64,000 nt of DNA from an uncultured Ignavibacteriota bacterium (lineage in GTDB: Bacteria > Bacteroidota > Ignavibacteria > Palsa-1295), in contig CAIUMP010000044.1 of the NCBI GenBank assembly GCA_903900335.1, positions 98,686 through 162,685 on the forward strand, given 5' to 3'. Below, one piece after another: positions 29,112 through 38,580 of the stretch (its first letter is position 1; every line of letters begins with the position of its first letter). The notes beneath the pieces are model-generated. The model worked only from the letters and a program-made list of their open reading frames with translations. It ran no database searches and was not told where the DNA came from. Both the position numbers and the translations under genes were made by a program.

Positions 29112-30107
29112 ATGCCCACAACACTCGTCACTGGCGCTGCCGGATTTATCGGTTCTCATGTCGTCGATGCACTGATCGAACGCGGACACGATGTCGTCGC
29201 GCTCGACGATCTATCCGGCGGCTTCGTCGATAATGTCAATCCGCGCGCGACGTTCGTCGAAGCGAGTTGTGTCGATCATGCGCGGCTTGCGGCGCTCTTT
29301 AACGAGCACGCGTTCGATTACGTGTATCATCTCGCCGCGTATGCCGCCGAGGGCTTGTCGCATTTTATCAAGCGATTCAATTACACGAACAACGTCATCG
29401 GCTCCGTCAATCTCATCAACGAGGCGGTGAAGCACGACGTGAAGCGGTTTATCTTCACGAGTTCGATTGCCGTCTATGGCAAAAACCAACTGCCGATGCG
29501 CGAGGACCTCGTGCCTGCGCCGGAGGATTCGTATGGCATCGCGAAGTACGCTGTCGAACTCGATCTCAAGGCATCGCACGAAATGTTCGGATTGGATTAC
29601 GTGATTTTTCGCCCGCATAATGTCTATGGCGAGCGGCAGAACACCGGCGATAAGTACCGCAACGTCATCGGCATTTTTATGAACCAGTCGCTGGCCGGTG
29701 AACCGTACACTATCTTCGGCGACGGCGAGCAAAAGCGCGCGTTCTCCTACATCGGCGACATCGCGCCTATCCTTGCTGACAGCGCAACGCACGATGGTGC
29801 GCGCAACGAAATCTTCAACGTCGGCGCGGACTCCGTCTATACCGTGAACCAACTCGCAACGGAAGTGATGACCGCGATGGGTGTGCAAACGGAGATCAAG
29901 CATCTCCCCGCCCGCAACGAAGTAGTCGATGCCTGGAGCGACCACTCGAAAGTCCAGCGCGTCTTCGGCACCAGCGCCGAAACGCCGCTCTCTGTTGGAC
30001 TCAAACGCATGGGCGATTGGGTTCGCGCCTCCGGCGTGCGCGCCTCGAAGCCCTTCGAGGGGATCGAGATTGTAAAGAATTTGCCGGGAAGTTGGAAAGT
30101 TTCATAA
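29112..30107 (+). CDS. NAD-dependent epimerase/dehydratase (UDP-glucose 4-epimerase-like)
   Basis: LVTGAAGFIGSH, HLAAYAAEGLS, SS.AVYG, YGIAK, R..NVYG. Confidence 0.93.
   Translation: MPTTLVTGAAGFIGSHVVDALIERGHDVVALDDLSGGFVDNVNPRATFVEASCVDHARLAALFNEHAFDYVYHLAAYAAEGLSHFIKRFNYTNNVIGSVNLINEAVKHDVKRFIFTSSIAVYGKNQLPMREDLVPAPEDSYGIAKYAVELDLKASHEMFGLDYVIFRPHNVYGERQNTGDKYRNVIGIFMNQSLAGEPYTIFGDGEQKRAFSYIGDIAPILADSATHDGARNEIFNVGADSVYTVNQLATEVMTAMGVQTEIKHLPARNEVVDAWSDHSKVQRVFGTSAETPLSVGLKRMGDWVRASGVRASKPFEGIEIVKNLPGSWKVS
30005..30097 (+). repeat. Direct repeat copy 1 (3' end of the epimerase gene)
   Basis: 93 bp, 8 mismatches versus 30705-30797, offset exactly 700 bp. Confidence 0.92.
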
Positions 30108-30126
30108 CCACCACATTGATCGAGTG

Positions 30127-30447
30127 ATGTCCGAGGCTGAATTATATCGGTTAGTTGAGCAGTGCGACGGATTCGACTGGGACGAGGGAAATTCCACGAA
30201 GAATTGGATCAAGCACCGCGTCTCGATGGACGAATGCGAACAGGCATTCGGAAACGCGCCTCTTCTCGCCCCCGATTACTCTCATTCCATCGAAGAGCGG
30301 AGACTTGTTGCACGCAGCAAAACCGATTCAGGCCGATGCCTGTTCATATCATTTACAGTGAGAGGTACGCTGATTCGCGTCATCTCCGCACGACCGATGG
30401 ATAGAAGGGAACGAGCAGACTATGAAGAAATTGAAAGAGCATCCTAA
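30127..30447 (+). CDS. brnT: BrnT family toxin (RelE-like RNase)
   Basis: GFDWDEGN..KN..KH.VS..ECE.AF, HS..E.R, IRVISARPM...ER..YE. Confidence 0.9.
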   Translation: MSEAELYRLVEQCDGFDWDEGNSTKNWIKHRVSMDECEQAFGNAPLLAPDYSHSIEERRLVARSKTDSGRCLFISFTVRGTLIRVISARPMDRRERADYEEIERAS

Positions 30448-30703
30448 ATTCAAGAGCGAAGACGAGGAACGGGAGTTCTGGTCCACGCACTCTTCTATGG
30501 ATTACATCGATTGGAGCAAAGCAAAACGTGCTGTGCTCCCGAAACTTGCTCGCACCGAACGTGTGATTCCCCTCCGCGTTTCCGAGAAGACGTACCAGCA
30601 GCTTACTACTCTTGCAAACCGACAAAAAAAGCCGCTCCAAAATCTCGCCAAACAACTCATTCGCGACCGCGCAAATGAGTTAGTAGCCGGAGCGAAGGCC
30701 TGA
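30422..30703 (+). CDS. brnA: BrnA/CopG-like antitoxin
   Basis: P.FKSEDEEREFW.THSS.DYIDW, I.LR RHH-like segment; overlaps brnT. Confidence 0.85.
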   Translation: MKKLKEHPKFKSEDEEREFWSTHSSMDYIDWSKAKRAVLPKLARTERVIPLRVSEKTYQQLTTLANRQKKPLQNLAKQLIRDRANELVAGAKA

Positions 30704-30704
30704 T

Positions 30705-30807
30705 ACGCATGGGCGATTGGGTTCGCGCCTCCGGCGTGCGTGCATCGAGGCCCTTCGAGGGCATCGAGATCGAGAAGAATTTGCCGGGGAGTTGGAAGAG
30801 AACCTGA
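30705..30807 (+). pseudogene. Displaced alternative 3' end of the epimerase gene (direct repeat copy 2)
   Basis: Encodes RMGDWVRASGVRASRPFEGIEIEKNLPGSWKRT* versus ...SKPFEGIEIVKNLPGSWKVS*. Confidence 0.88.
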
Positions 30808-30853
30808 ACCGGGATTTTGAGATTGATGGGATGGCTACACTTCGACACCAGCA

Positions 30854-31591
30854 ATGAACAAGACTGAAATAATATCTGAGATTAGGAGAATTGCCTCGGA
30901 GTTGGCTGCCCAAGGGAAGCCTCTCGGCAAGGCTAAGTTCGAATCCATGTCTGGGATTAAATTTCATGATTGGTACCCACACTTTTGGGTTCGTTGGGGT
31001 GACGCATTGAAGGAGGCGGGCTATACGGCCAACGCCTTCCAGGTCCGCATTGAAGACGAAGCGCTGATTCCTTTTTACGCATTGCTAATACGCGATCTTG
31101 GTCATTGGCCCGTTACTGGGGAAGTGCGTAAACGTTGTGAGGATGACTCAGCTTTTCCTTCTCACTCTGTCATGGGATTCGCACGTTTAGGAGGAAAGAG
31201 TGAGCTGGCGAGAATGCTTGTTGCCTTTTGTGAAGCCAATTCAGGGTGGAACGACGTAAGAGAAATTGCTGAGAAACAAGTTGAGGATAGAATCCAGCCT
31301 ATTGAAGACCGTTCGAATCGAACAGACGATCAAATTGATGGACACGTCTATCTGATTAAGTCAGGGAAACACTACAAGATTGGCAAAACGAACGATCTTG
31401 GGAGGAGGGGCAAAGAAATTGCATTAGAGTTACCTGAAGCCAGCAGTGTTATCCATTCCATTCAGACAGACGATCCGAGCGGAATCGAATCGTACTGGCA
31501 TCGGCGATTCAATGATCGACGGAAAAACGGAGAGTGGTTTGAATTAAGTGCGGCTGACGTTCGCGCTTTCCGACGAAGAAAGTTTATGTAG
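30854..31591 (+). CDS. GIY-YIG (T5orf172/MUG113-like) nuclease with N-terminal homing-endonuclease-associated repeats
   Basis: W.DALKEAGY repeat; GHVYLIKSGKHYKIGKT, IE.YWHRRF...R.NGEWF.L. Confidence 0.85.
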   Translation: MNKTEIISEIRRIASELAAQGKPLGKAKFESMSGIKFHDWYPHFWVRWGDALKEAGYTANAFQVRIEDEALIPFYALLIRDLGHWPVTGEVRKRCEDDSAFPSHSVMGFARLGGKSELARMLVAFCEANSGWNDVREIAEKQVEDRIQPIEDRSNRTDDQIDGHVYLIKSGKHYKIGKTNDLGRRGKEIALELPEASSVIHSIQTDDPSGIESYWHRRFNDRRKNGEWFELSAADVRAFRRRKFM

Positions 31592-31596
31592 ACAGA

Positions 31597-32403
31597 TTAG
31601 TACCGCTCTTTTTCAAAAGTTAGATCGAAGCAATTGAATTTTGGTCGAGCCCGAAATAAGTCGACAGGGTACTTTCGGCTTCGAATTTTATTGAGTAGTA
31701 ATTCTTCATCAGCCTTGCTGATTCTCATTCCGAGGTAGATTGACTCGATTGCATTTTCCGGAATGGGGATGATCTCACTTGCTCCTTTCAGCAATATGAG
31801 CCTCCATTCCTTCTCATATGCCCAATCGGAATGTTTAACTTTGAAGGGGCCAAACCAGTCATCTATCGACAGGTTCGGATCATATGGATTGATCACGGGG
31901 CATTCCTTGTGATATTCGATTGGTGTAAGAACCACCTGCGCATGACTTCGCAAAGCCTCATAAAGGACATTCGTCCTATAGCCTATGCAGAACCCAGAAT
32001 GATTGAGCCCATAGTGGGACCACATCAGGATGTTGGACTCCTGAGCAGCGAGTGAGAATGCCCCTGTTTCTTTAGCATTCGTTTCGGCTTGCTTCTGATC
32101 GATCGCTTGGGCTTCTATCAGATTTATAGAAATCTTTTCTATAAACTTCTTCCAATCCTGCACTATCTGGCTATCCGGTCGAGGAGGAGAAAACAATACT
32201 GAGTTTTGTCTTCTCATGTGTTCAAGTATTTGATCGGGCGTACTGTTGCTACTATGGTACAATACCGGCAGTGCAGTGTCGAAGGGGTCATTGAATTTTT
32301 CAGGAGGAGTAAAATACATCTCTTCGAGCGACTTGAGATGGTAACCAGCACTATCGAAGTGCCTATACTTAAATAAGACTCGAGGTTCCTTATTCTTTCC
32401 CAT
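31597..32403 (-). CDS. DUF2971 domain protein
   Basis: LFKYR, P..FNDPFD, NILMWSHYG..H.GFCI.Y, K...WAYEKEWR, IYLG.RI. Confidence 0.88.
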   Translation of the reverse strand: MGKNKEPRVLFKYRHFDSAGYHLKSLEEMYFTPPEKFNDPFDTALPVLYHSSNSTPDQILEHMRRQNSVLFSPPRPDSQIVQDWKKFIEKISINLIEAQAIDQKQAETNAKETGAFSLAAQESNILMWSHYGLNHSGFCIGYRTNVLYEALRSHAQVVLTPIEYHKECPVINPYDPNLSIDDWFGPFKVKHSDWAYEKEWRLILLKGASEIIPIPENAIESIYLGMRISKADEELLLNKIRSRKYPVDLFRARPKFNCFDLTFEKERY

Positions 32404-32432
32404 TGCTTTCTTCCATAACTACGTGGACTGCC

Positions 32433-33194
32433 CTACACCACCACCAACTCAATCGGGCAGTGATCGCTGCCCAGGATGTCGGGGAGGATCGTGGCGTTGC
32501 GGATGCGGGGGACGAAGCCTTCGGTCACCATGAACATGTCGATGCGCCAGCCCACATTGCGATCGCGTGATTTGCTGATTTGATCCCAGTAGGTGTATTG
32601 CTCCGGCTCCTGATTGTACGTGCGGAAAATATCGACGTAGCCCATGTCGGTGATCTTGTCGAGCCACGCGCGCTCCTCCGGCAAGAAGCCGGAGGTCTTC
32701 GACCACTCCTTTGGCTTTGCCACATCAATCTCACGATGCGCGGTGTTGTAATCGCCGCAGATGACAAGCTCTCGTCCGTCGGCGCGGAGGTCCTGCCATT
32801 GCTCGAGCAGGTGATCGTACAAATCGAGTTTATACCGAACGCGCTCCGGCCCGCGACCGCCGTTGGGGAAGTAAATGTTGTAGAGAATGAAATCGCCGTA
32901 GTCGGCAGAGATAACGCGACCTTCTGAGTCGAAGCGCGTTGCGCCGCAACCAGCGGTGATACTGACGGGCTTCTGCTTCGTGTAGATCGCAACACCAGAG
33001 TAACCCTTCTTCTCAGCACTTACAAAGTGCGACTGATACCCGGCGATATCAAGCAGCTCCGGCCCGAGCTGTTCGCGCTGAGCTTTCGTCTCCTGCAAAC
33101 ACATCACATCGGGATTTTCCCGCGCGATAAAATCGAGAAACCCCTTCTTCTGAGCGGCACGAATACCGTTAACATTCCAACAGAGAATACGCAT
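32433..33194 (-). CDS. xth: Exodeoxyribonuclease III / AP endonuclease
   Basis: WNVNGIRA, CLQETK, GYSGV, YFPNG, GDYNTAH, GWRID, GSDHCPI. Confidence 0.96.
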   Translation of the reverse strand: MRILCWNVNGIRAAQKKGFLDFIARENPDVMCLQETKAQREQLGPELLDIAGYQSHFVSAEKKGYSGVAIYTKQKPVSITAGCGATRFDSEGRVISADYGDFILYNIYFPNGGRGPERVRYKLDLYDHLLEQWQDLRADGRELVICGDYNTAHREIDVAKPKEWSKTSGFLPEERAWLDKITDMGYVDIFRTYNQEPEQYTYWDQISKSRDRNVGWRIDMFMVTEGFVPRIRNATILPDILGSDHCPIELVVV

Positions 33195-33261
33195 GGGTTG
33201 GTCAACTCTCCGCCGCGCCGTTTTGTTCGAGCCTCTACTTCTTCGCCGAAACAAATCACCC

Positions 33262-34464
33262 GTGAACTTCGCACTACTCCACACGCACCCCCGGTTCCGC
33301 CGCCTTTGGCTGGCGGATATTCTGTCGCAGACGGGTTCGCAGGTGTCGTCCGTTGCGTTGCTTATCGTCGTCTTCCGCTTGCACTCTTCGACAGCGGAAG
33401 TAGCGGGCCTTGTTTTTTGCCAAACGATACCAGCGGTGATCTTTGGTCTCTATGCCGGAGCAATCATTGACAGGTTTTCGAAGAAGCCGCTTTTGGTTGG
33501 GTCCGATCTGATACGCGCTATCACCATCGCATCAATTCCATTCGTGTCGGACTTGTGGGCAATTTATCTGCTCGCGTTTCTTACCTCAACCGCAACCGCT
33601 GTTTTTCAGCCGGCGCGGCAAGCCGTCATACCAGAGTTGGTTGAGGAAAGTGAGCGCGTGAATGCCAACGCGCTTTCGAGCCTTACGTTCGGCACGATGC
33701 TCTTTCTCGGGCCAGCGATCGGGGGTGCCATTGCTGGCTTCTGGAGCGTCAGTGCAGCCTTCTACATTGATAGCATTACCTTCCTAACGAGCGCCCTGTT
33801 CCTTAGCGGGATTCCGTTGCCTCACATGAAAACAGAGAGCACATCTACGCTGAAGAGTCTGACGAAAGATATTGGCCTGGGTATGCGGTATGTTTGGGCG
33901 CACCCCGTCATCTCCTATGTCTTCCTGCTGATGTTCGTTGGGAATGTGTCGCTGGGGTTCTGGTTTCCTGTGCTCCCCTCGTTCAACGCAAGCTTTTTGC
34001 ATGGCGACAATTTCACATTTGGCCTGATCTATTCCGCCTTCGGTCTTGGAAGTCTGCTTGGCGGACCGTTTGCACCTTCGGTTGTGAAGCGTTTTACGAA
34101 GGGGCGTATCCTATACGCGACTATCGCACTCGACGCATTGTGCTTCATCGTATTCAGCAGGAGTCCTTCGCTATATTTCGCACTCGGCATCTCGGTTATC
34201 TGGGGAATGGTCGTCGTGGTGATGTTTGTGGTCTATGAAACGATGATGCAGAACATCGTCGAACCGGACTTTCGTGGACGAGTATTCAGCATGGGCTCGA
34301 TTCAATTTAACGGAGGGATCTTGAGCGCACAGTTGATAGCAATTAAGGTAGCGGGCGTGCTCCGGCCAGAGGAGATCTTTCTGTACACAGGCTCCATTTA
34401 TTTGTCGGTCGTGCTGTTGGCGTCGGCTCGGAAGAGTTTTCGGGTATTGATGGACGTCGAGTAA
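33262..34464 (+). CDS. MFS transporter (DHA3/MefA-like)
   Basis: FRRLWLA..LS..G, AGAIIDR..KK, FQPA.QA.IP.LV, GRVFS; about 12 TMs; GTG start inferred. Confidence 0.88.
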   Translation: MNFALLHTHPRFRRLWLADILSQTGSQVSSVALLIVVFRLHSSTAEVAGLVFCQTIPAVIFGLYAGAIIDRFSKKPLLVGSDLIRAITIASIPFVSDLWAIYLLAFLTSTATAVFQPARQAVIPELVEESERVNANALSSLTFGTMLFLGPAIGGAIAGFWSVSAAFYIDSITFLTSALFLSGIPLPHMKTESTSTLKSLTKDIGLGMRYVWAHPVISYVFLLMFVGNVSLGFWFPVLPSFNASFLHGDNFTFGLIYSAFGLGSLLGGPFAPSVVKRFTKGRILYATIALDALCFIVFSRSPSLYFALGISVIWGMVVVVMFVVYETMMQNIVEPDFRGRVFSMGSIQFNGGILSAQLIAIKVAGVLRPEEIFLYTGSIYLSVVLLASARKSFRVLMDVE

Positions 34465-34477
34465 GGTCTCGCACGGA

Positions 34478-35125
34478 CTATGCTGCAATTGCAAGTGCCG
34501 CAAGATCGAGGTATGCGGAACCAACTTCGCATATGTTTTCAATCCAACCCACGCGGAGCATCCACGCAAACCGAGCCTGCCAATATTTTGCTAAATCGTG
34601 ATGTGGACTCTCGCCTTCTTGCCGCGCCTTCTCGTTGCATGCGAATAGCGCCTCAGCAAGGGGCGGCAAACCAACGCCCGCACGAAGCTCATCAACGTGC
34701 GCCTCGTCTTGAATGGGACTTGTGGTGAGAACCCCGTCGGCATTCATATCCATCTGAGTGCCATAGCGTTGGCGCTTACCGGAGAATACTAATACACGGT
34801 CTTCGAGCATCGCGATGTGCGATAGGGGGACACCGCGCGAATCCGACTGCAGAAGAGCCACTACCATCCTTTGAAGTTGGGGCATCGAGATCGAATGCAT
34901 CACGATGTACCATGCCGCCCGCTGGATGGCCTCACCATCTCGATCGCGATCGGGCCATCCATGCTCATCCAATAGTCTCTCAAGGACGGCCCCATTGCGA
35001 TTGTGCAACGCTTCCATTTCGGGATCGTAGCCACCGAACAACTTGCCCGCAACCCTGAGCTTTTCCCGAAGTGCGAAATCCTCCGCGAAAAGCACAGGAA
35101 GTTCTGCAAATGGACTCACCTGCAC
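34478..35125 (-). CDS. DUF6624-like protein
   Basis: N...L..LLDEHGWP, AAW.IV.H, AMLEDRV....GK.QRYGTQ, VDELRA.VGLPPL. Confidence 0.75.
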   Translation of the reverse strand: MQVSPFAELPVLFAEDFALREKLRVAGKLFGGYDPEMEALHNRNGAVLERLLDEHGWPDRDRDGEAIQRAAWYIVMHSISMPQLQRMVVALLQSDSRGVPLSHIAMLEDRVLVFSGKRQRYGTQMDMNADGVLTTSPIQDEAHVDELRAGVGLPPLAEALFACNEKARQEGESPHHDLAKYWQARFAWMLRVGWIENICEVGSAYLDLAALAIAA

Positions 35126-35133
35126 TTAAATTG

Positions 35134-36477
35134 TCAATGTTCCGACGATCGCTTACCGAGCACGACCGGCACATCTACCGCCACGCCAGCGCGCATCACC
35201 TTCATGATCACCTTATCTCCCGGATGATGCTTGGCAAGTGCATTCGTGTAATCGTAGATGTTCTTGATCGCCATCTCATCGAACTTGATCACGATGTCTC
35301 CCTTTTGAAGACCTGCTGCTTTGGCCGGAGAGTTGTCGCGAATTTCGTCGATGCGAAGGCCATCTCCATCATAACCGTAATCCGGAACGCCACCGACATA
35401 CACGCCAAATGACGCAGCCTTCTGTTCTGTATCACCGGCAGGGCGCGTAAATGCGATCTTATCCGGACGATTCGCGAGATTCAAAACCACTGACTCTGCG
35501 AACTGCGCAACCTTTGCTTCGCCAACCACATTGATCTTATCGCGTGTGTCGGTGGCCTTGTGATAGTCATCATGGAAGCCCGTGAAGAGGAAGAGCACAG
35601 GAACATCCTTCGCATAGAATTTCGCGTGGTCGCTTGGGCCCGTTCCGGTCTGGAAGTATTTCAAGTGAAGCGGCTTCGATTCCGGAAGCGATGTAATGAG
35701 ATCCTTCCACGAAGGCGAAGTCCCCATCCCCTGCACGATGAGCGTGTTGCTGTCATTCATTCGCCCGATCATGTCCATGTTGACCATCGCTTGAACATTC
35801 TTGAGCGGCACAAGCGGGTGTTCAGTGAAATATGCGCTGCCAAAGAGACCTTCCTCTTCGCCAGAGAAGGCGATGAAGAGAACACTTCGTTTGAGGGTAT
35901 ATCGCTCTTTCGAAAGATGTTCGGCGATCTCGAGCAACCCGGATGTTCCGCTTGCATTGTCGTCAGCGCCGTAGTGGATCGCATGGACTTTATCGAGGGC
36001 AAATGGACCTCCCATCCCCAGGTGATCGTAGTGCGCACCAATAATGACCGTTTGGTCCGCAAGCTGCGGATCTTCACCACGAATGTAGCCGACAATGTTC
36101 ATTCCATGCGTGAAGCCATGCTTGGTTGTGTCCATGGCGTGTTCGGAGAAATCGAACGGCTGCATGAACACATGTGCGGAGTCGATAGGGGAAAGCTGCA
36201 AGCGATGGAATTCGGATGCGATGTACCGCGCCGCTTTTGAAGCCCCCGGTTCACCTGTGCGTCGCCCTTCGAGCGAATCGCTGGCAAGAATGTCGAGCCT
36301 CTCGCCAATATCCTTAGCAGTAATGGACCATACGGTCTTCGCTCCTCCAGAGGATGCCGTCTCTTGCGCACGCGCTGTGAGCGTAAATCGAAGATTTAGA
36401 ATGCCTGCCGCCGCGACGACCAAGAGGATGGTGGTTCGGCGGAGAGTCCTGGTGCGCGACCGATTAGTGTTGTCCAT
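35134..36477 (-). CDS. M28 family peptidase with C-terminal PDZ domain
   Basis: LASDSLEGR, IGAHYDHLG, GADDNASG, FSGEEEGL.GS, NMDMIGR, SDH, DYHK; PDZ SPA..AGLQKGD. Confidence 0.92.
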   Translation of the reverse strand: MDNTNRSRTRTLRRTTILLVVAAAGILNLRFTLTARAQETASSGGAKTVWSITAKDIGERLDILASDSLEGRRTGEPGASKAARYIASEFHRLQLSPIDSAHVFMQPFDFSEHAMDTTKHGFTHGMNIVGYIRGEDPQLADQTVIIGAHYDHLGMGGPFALDKVHAIHYGADDNASGTSGLLEIAEHLSKERYTLKRSVLFIAFSGEEEGLFGSAYFTEHPLVPLKNVQAMVNMDMIGRMNDSNTLIVQGMGTSPSWKDLITSLPESKPLHLKYFQTGTGPSDHAKFYAKDVPVLFLFTGFHDDYHKATDTRDKINVVGEAKVAQFAESVVLNLANRPDKIAFTRPAGDTEQKAASFGVYVGGVPDYGYDGDGLRIDEIRDNSPAKAAGLQKGDIVIKFDEMAIKNIYDYTNALAKHHPGDKVIMKVMRAGVAVDVPVVLGKRSSEH

Positions 36478-36961
36478 TGTGCGCTGCAATATCCGTGAGC
36501 AGTTCGGCGCTATGCGTGCGAGGATCGACTTTGTGGTAGATCTTCATGATCTTACCATCTTTGCCGATCAGGAAGGTCCAGCGGCGGGGCCAGGAAACAT
36601 CGATCGGCACTCCGTAGGCCTTACAAATAGTGGTGTCCGAATCAACCAGCAGGGGGAAATTCAAGCTATCCTTCTTGGTGAACTCCTCGTGCTTCTTGCG
36701 GTCATCCAAGGAGACTCCAAGCACGACCGTATTCGCAGCAATAAACTTGGGGTAATCATCGCGGAATTTGCACGCTTCGATCGTGCAGCCGTGTGTCATA
36801 TCCTCTGGATAAAAGTAGAGGACAACGTTTTGCTTGCCGAGGTACTGACTAAGCGAAATATGAGAACCATCCGTCGCTTCTGCCTTAAAATCCGGAGCCT
36901 TATCTCCTACGTGGAGTTCAACTGCTACTGCCATGAGTAATATGAGAATTGATTGAATCAT
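36464..36961 (-). CDS. bcp: Peroxiredoxin BCP/PrxQ with N-terminal hydrophobic leader
   Basis: GDKAPDF, VLYFYPEDMTHGCTIEAC.FRD, LGVS.D, FPLL.D, RWTFLI. Confidence 0.85.
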   Translation of the reverse strand: MIQSILILLMAVAVELHVGDKAPDFKAEATDGSHISLSQYLGKQNVVLYFYPEDMTHGCTIEACKFRDDYPKFIAANTVVLGVSLDDRKKHEEFTKKDSLNFPLLVDSDTTICKAYGVPIDVSWPRRWTFLIGKDGKIMKIYHKVDPRTHSAELLTDIAAHNGQH

Positions 36962-36984
36962 TGTTGATAACAAAACTTGTTGTA

Positions 36985-37566
36985 TTAGACTTCTTCCATG
37001 CCACTGACATCGATGATGCCAGCAACAATGAGTTTGGAAAACTTTGCGACATCCCCACCAAGCTTAAGTAGCCTCTCGTGCATTGGGGAGTCCGTCTCTT
37101 CGTTGATCCTTCGAAGCGCTGCGTCGGTATTCGCAATGGAGACCTGGTGCGGCACGACCCATGCGCCGACGCTTCGCATTACAATTCGCAGGTGATTGAT
37201 TGCGTTCACAGCACTGATCGCGCCACCCGCAACGCCGATGAGGCCCACCATTTTGTGTTCGAAATCTGCCCCGCTACAGAGGTCTAGCGCATTCTTGAGC
37301 GCACCCGTCATGCTGTTATGATACTCCGGCGTGCCAAGAATTATTCCATGAGCGCTGCGGATCAGTCCACGAAAGGCTTGTACCGATTCGGGGTAGGAAT
37401 CCTCATCGGAGCGACCATCGCAGAAGGGCAGCTCGATCCGACTTAGATCAAGGTACTGAGTATGGGCTCCTGCTCGTTCGGCACCCCGCAGGGCGACTTC
37501 CACTGCTTCCCCCGTCTCCGAAGGATAACGCATGCTGCCGGAAATACCGAGGACACTAACGGACAT
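36985..37566 (-). CDS. NADPH-dependent FMN reductase
   Basis: GISGSMR..S, TPEYHNS.TGALKNALD. Confidence 0.9.
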   Translation of the reverse strand: MSVSVLGISGSMRYPSETGEAVEVALRGAERAGAHTQYLDLSRIELPFCDGRSDEDSYPESVQAFRGLIRSAHGIILGTPEYHNSMTGALKNALDLCSGADFEHKMVGLIGVAGGAISAVNAINHLRIVMRSVGAWVVPHQVSIANTDAALRRINEETDSPMHERLLKLGGDVAKFSKLIVAGIIDVSGMEEV

Positions 37567-38420
37567 TACTTCGTTACAGTATAGTCGTAAAAACCCTTCC
37601 CCGTCTTTTTTCCAAGCAGATTCGCTTCGACCATCTTTTGCTGAATCAGATGCGGGCGAAAACGCGGCTCTTGAAAGTACTGATCATAAACGGACTGCGT
37701 CACGGCAAGATTCACGTCTATACCGATCAGATCCATTAGTTCGAACGGTCCCATCGCGAATCCATTCGCCTTCATGATACGATCTATCTGCGAGATATCG
37801 GCGATGCCATCATTGGCGGCCCGAAGCGATTCACCATAAAAATTTCTCGCCACGCGGTTGACGATGAACCCGGGAGTGTCCTTCGCCAGCACGGGCGTCT
37901 TTCCGAGCTGTTTGATATAGCCCTCCGCGCGATACATCATGTCGTCGGTTGTTTGCTGTCCGCGCACGATTTCTACCAACTTCATGATATGGGCCGGGTT
38001 GAAGAAATGCAGGCCGAGTACACGCTCCGGCCGTTTTGTTGCACTGGCAATAGCCGTTATGGAAAGCGATGAGGTATTGCTCGCCAGAATACATTCCTCG
38101 GAACACATTTCACTGAGCTTCGCGAATAGCTCTTGCTTCGTATCCAACTTTTCAATAGCGGCCTCAATGACAAGGTCGCACGTCTTCAGATGGTCAAAAT
38201 GTGACGTCGTGCGGATGCGCATGGCCGCCTTATTGGCCTCCTCCGTGCTGAGTTTGCCGCGTTCGATGGATTTGTCCATCGTCTCGCCAAGCTTTTTGTA
38301 GGCGATTTGTAAGTAGGCGTCGGCTACGTCGTGTAACACGACATCGTAGCCCGCGAGTGCGCTGGAAAGGGCGATGCCGGAACCCATGGTTCCAGCGCCG
38401 ATGATACCGATTGTGGTCAT
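37566..38420 (-). CDS. 3-hydroxyacyl-CoA (3-hydroxybutyryl-CoA/PaaH-like) dehydrogenase
   Basis: IGAGTMGSGIA, VIEA..E, ASNTSSLSIT, GLHFFNPA, PGFIVNR, MGPFEL.DLIG.D. Confidence 0.93.
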   Translation of the reverse strand: MTTIGIIGAGTMGSGIALSSALAGYDVVLHDVADAYLQIAYKKLGETMDKSIERGKLSTEEANKAAMRIRTTSHFDHLKTCDLVIEAAIEKLDTKQELFAKLSEMCSEECILASNTSSLSITAIASATKRPERVLGLHFFNPAHIMKLVEIVRGQQTTDDMMYRAEGYIKQLGKTPVLAKDTPGFIVNRVARNFYGESLRAANDGIADISQIDRIMKANGFAMGPFELMDLIGIDVNLAVTQSVYDQYFQEPRFRPHLIQQKMVEANLLGKKTGKGFYDYTVTK

Positions 38421-38580
38421 TCGTAAGACTAATTGCGATTGTTGGGTTCAAACAGTCAGACGGGCAAAATCAGCCCCAGTGACTGAACGCGGATTCATCG
38501 GATTTGGAGGATTTCGGGGATTCAGAAGAGAAAGAGTCGCGTTTTCGCTTACTCCAATTCGAGCGCTATAACTTACGAGC

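Noticed and set aside
30005-30797. Diversity-generating retroelement TR/VR pair
   Set aside because: Mismatches are not adenine-specific, are mostly synonymous, and no reverse transcriptase gene is in the window
38490-38526. GGATT 9-bp periodic repeat in the divergent promoter region
   Set aside because: Four degenerate units only, too weak to assign as an operator or repeat family
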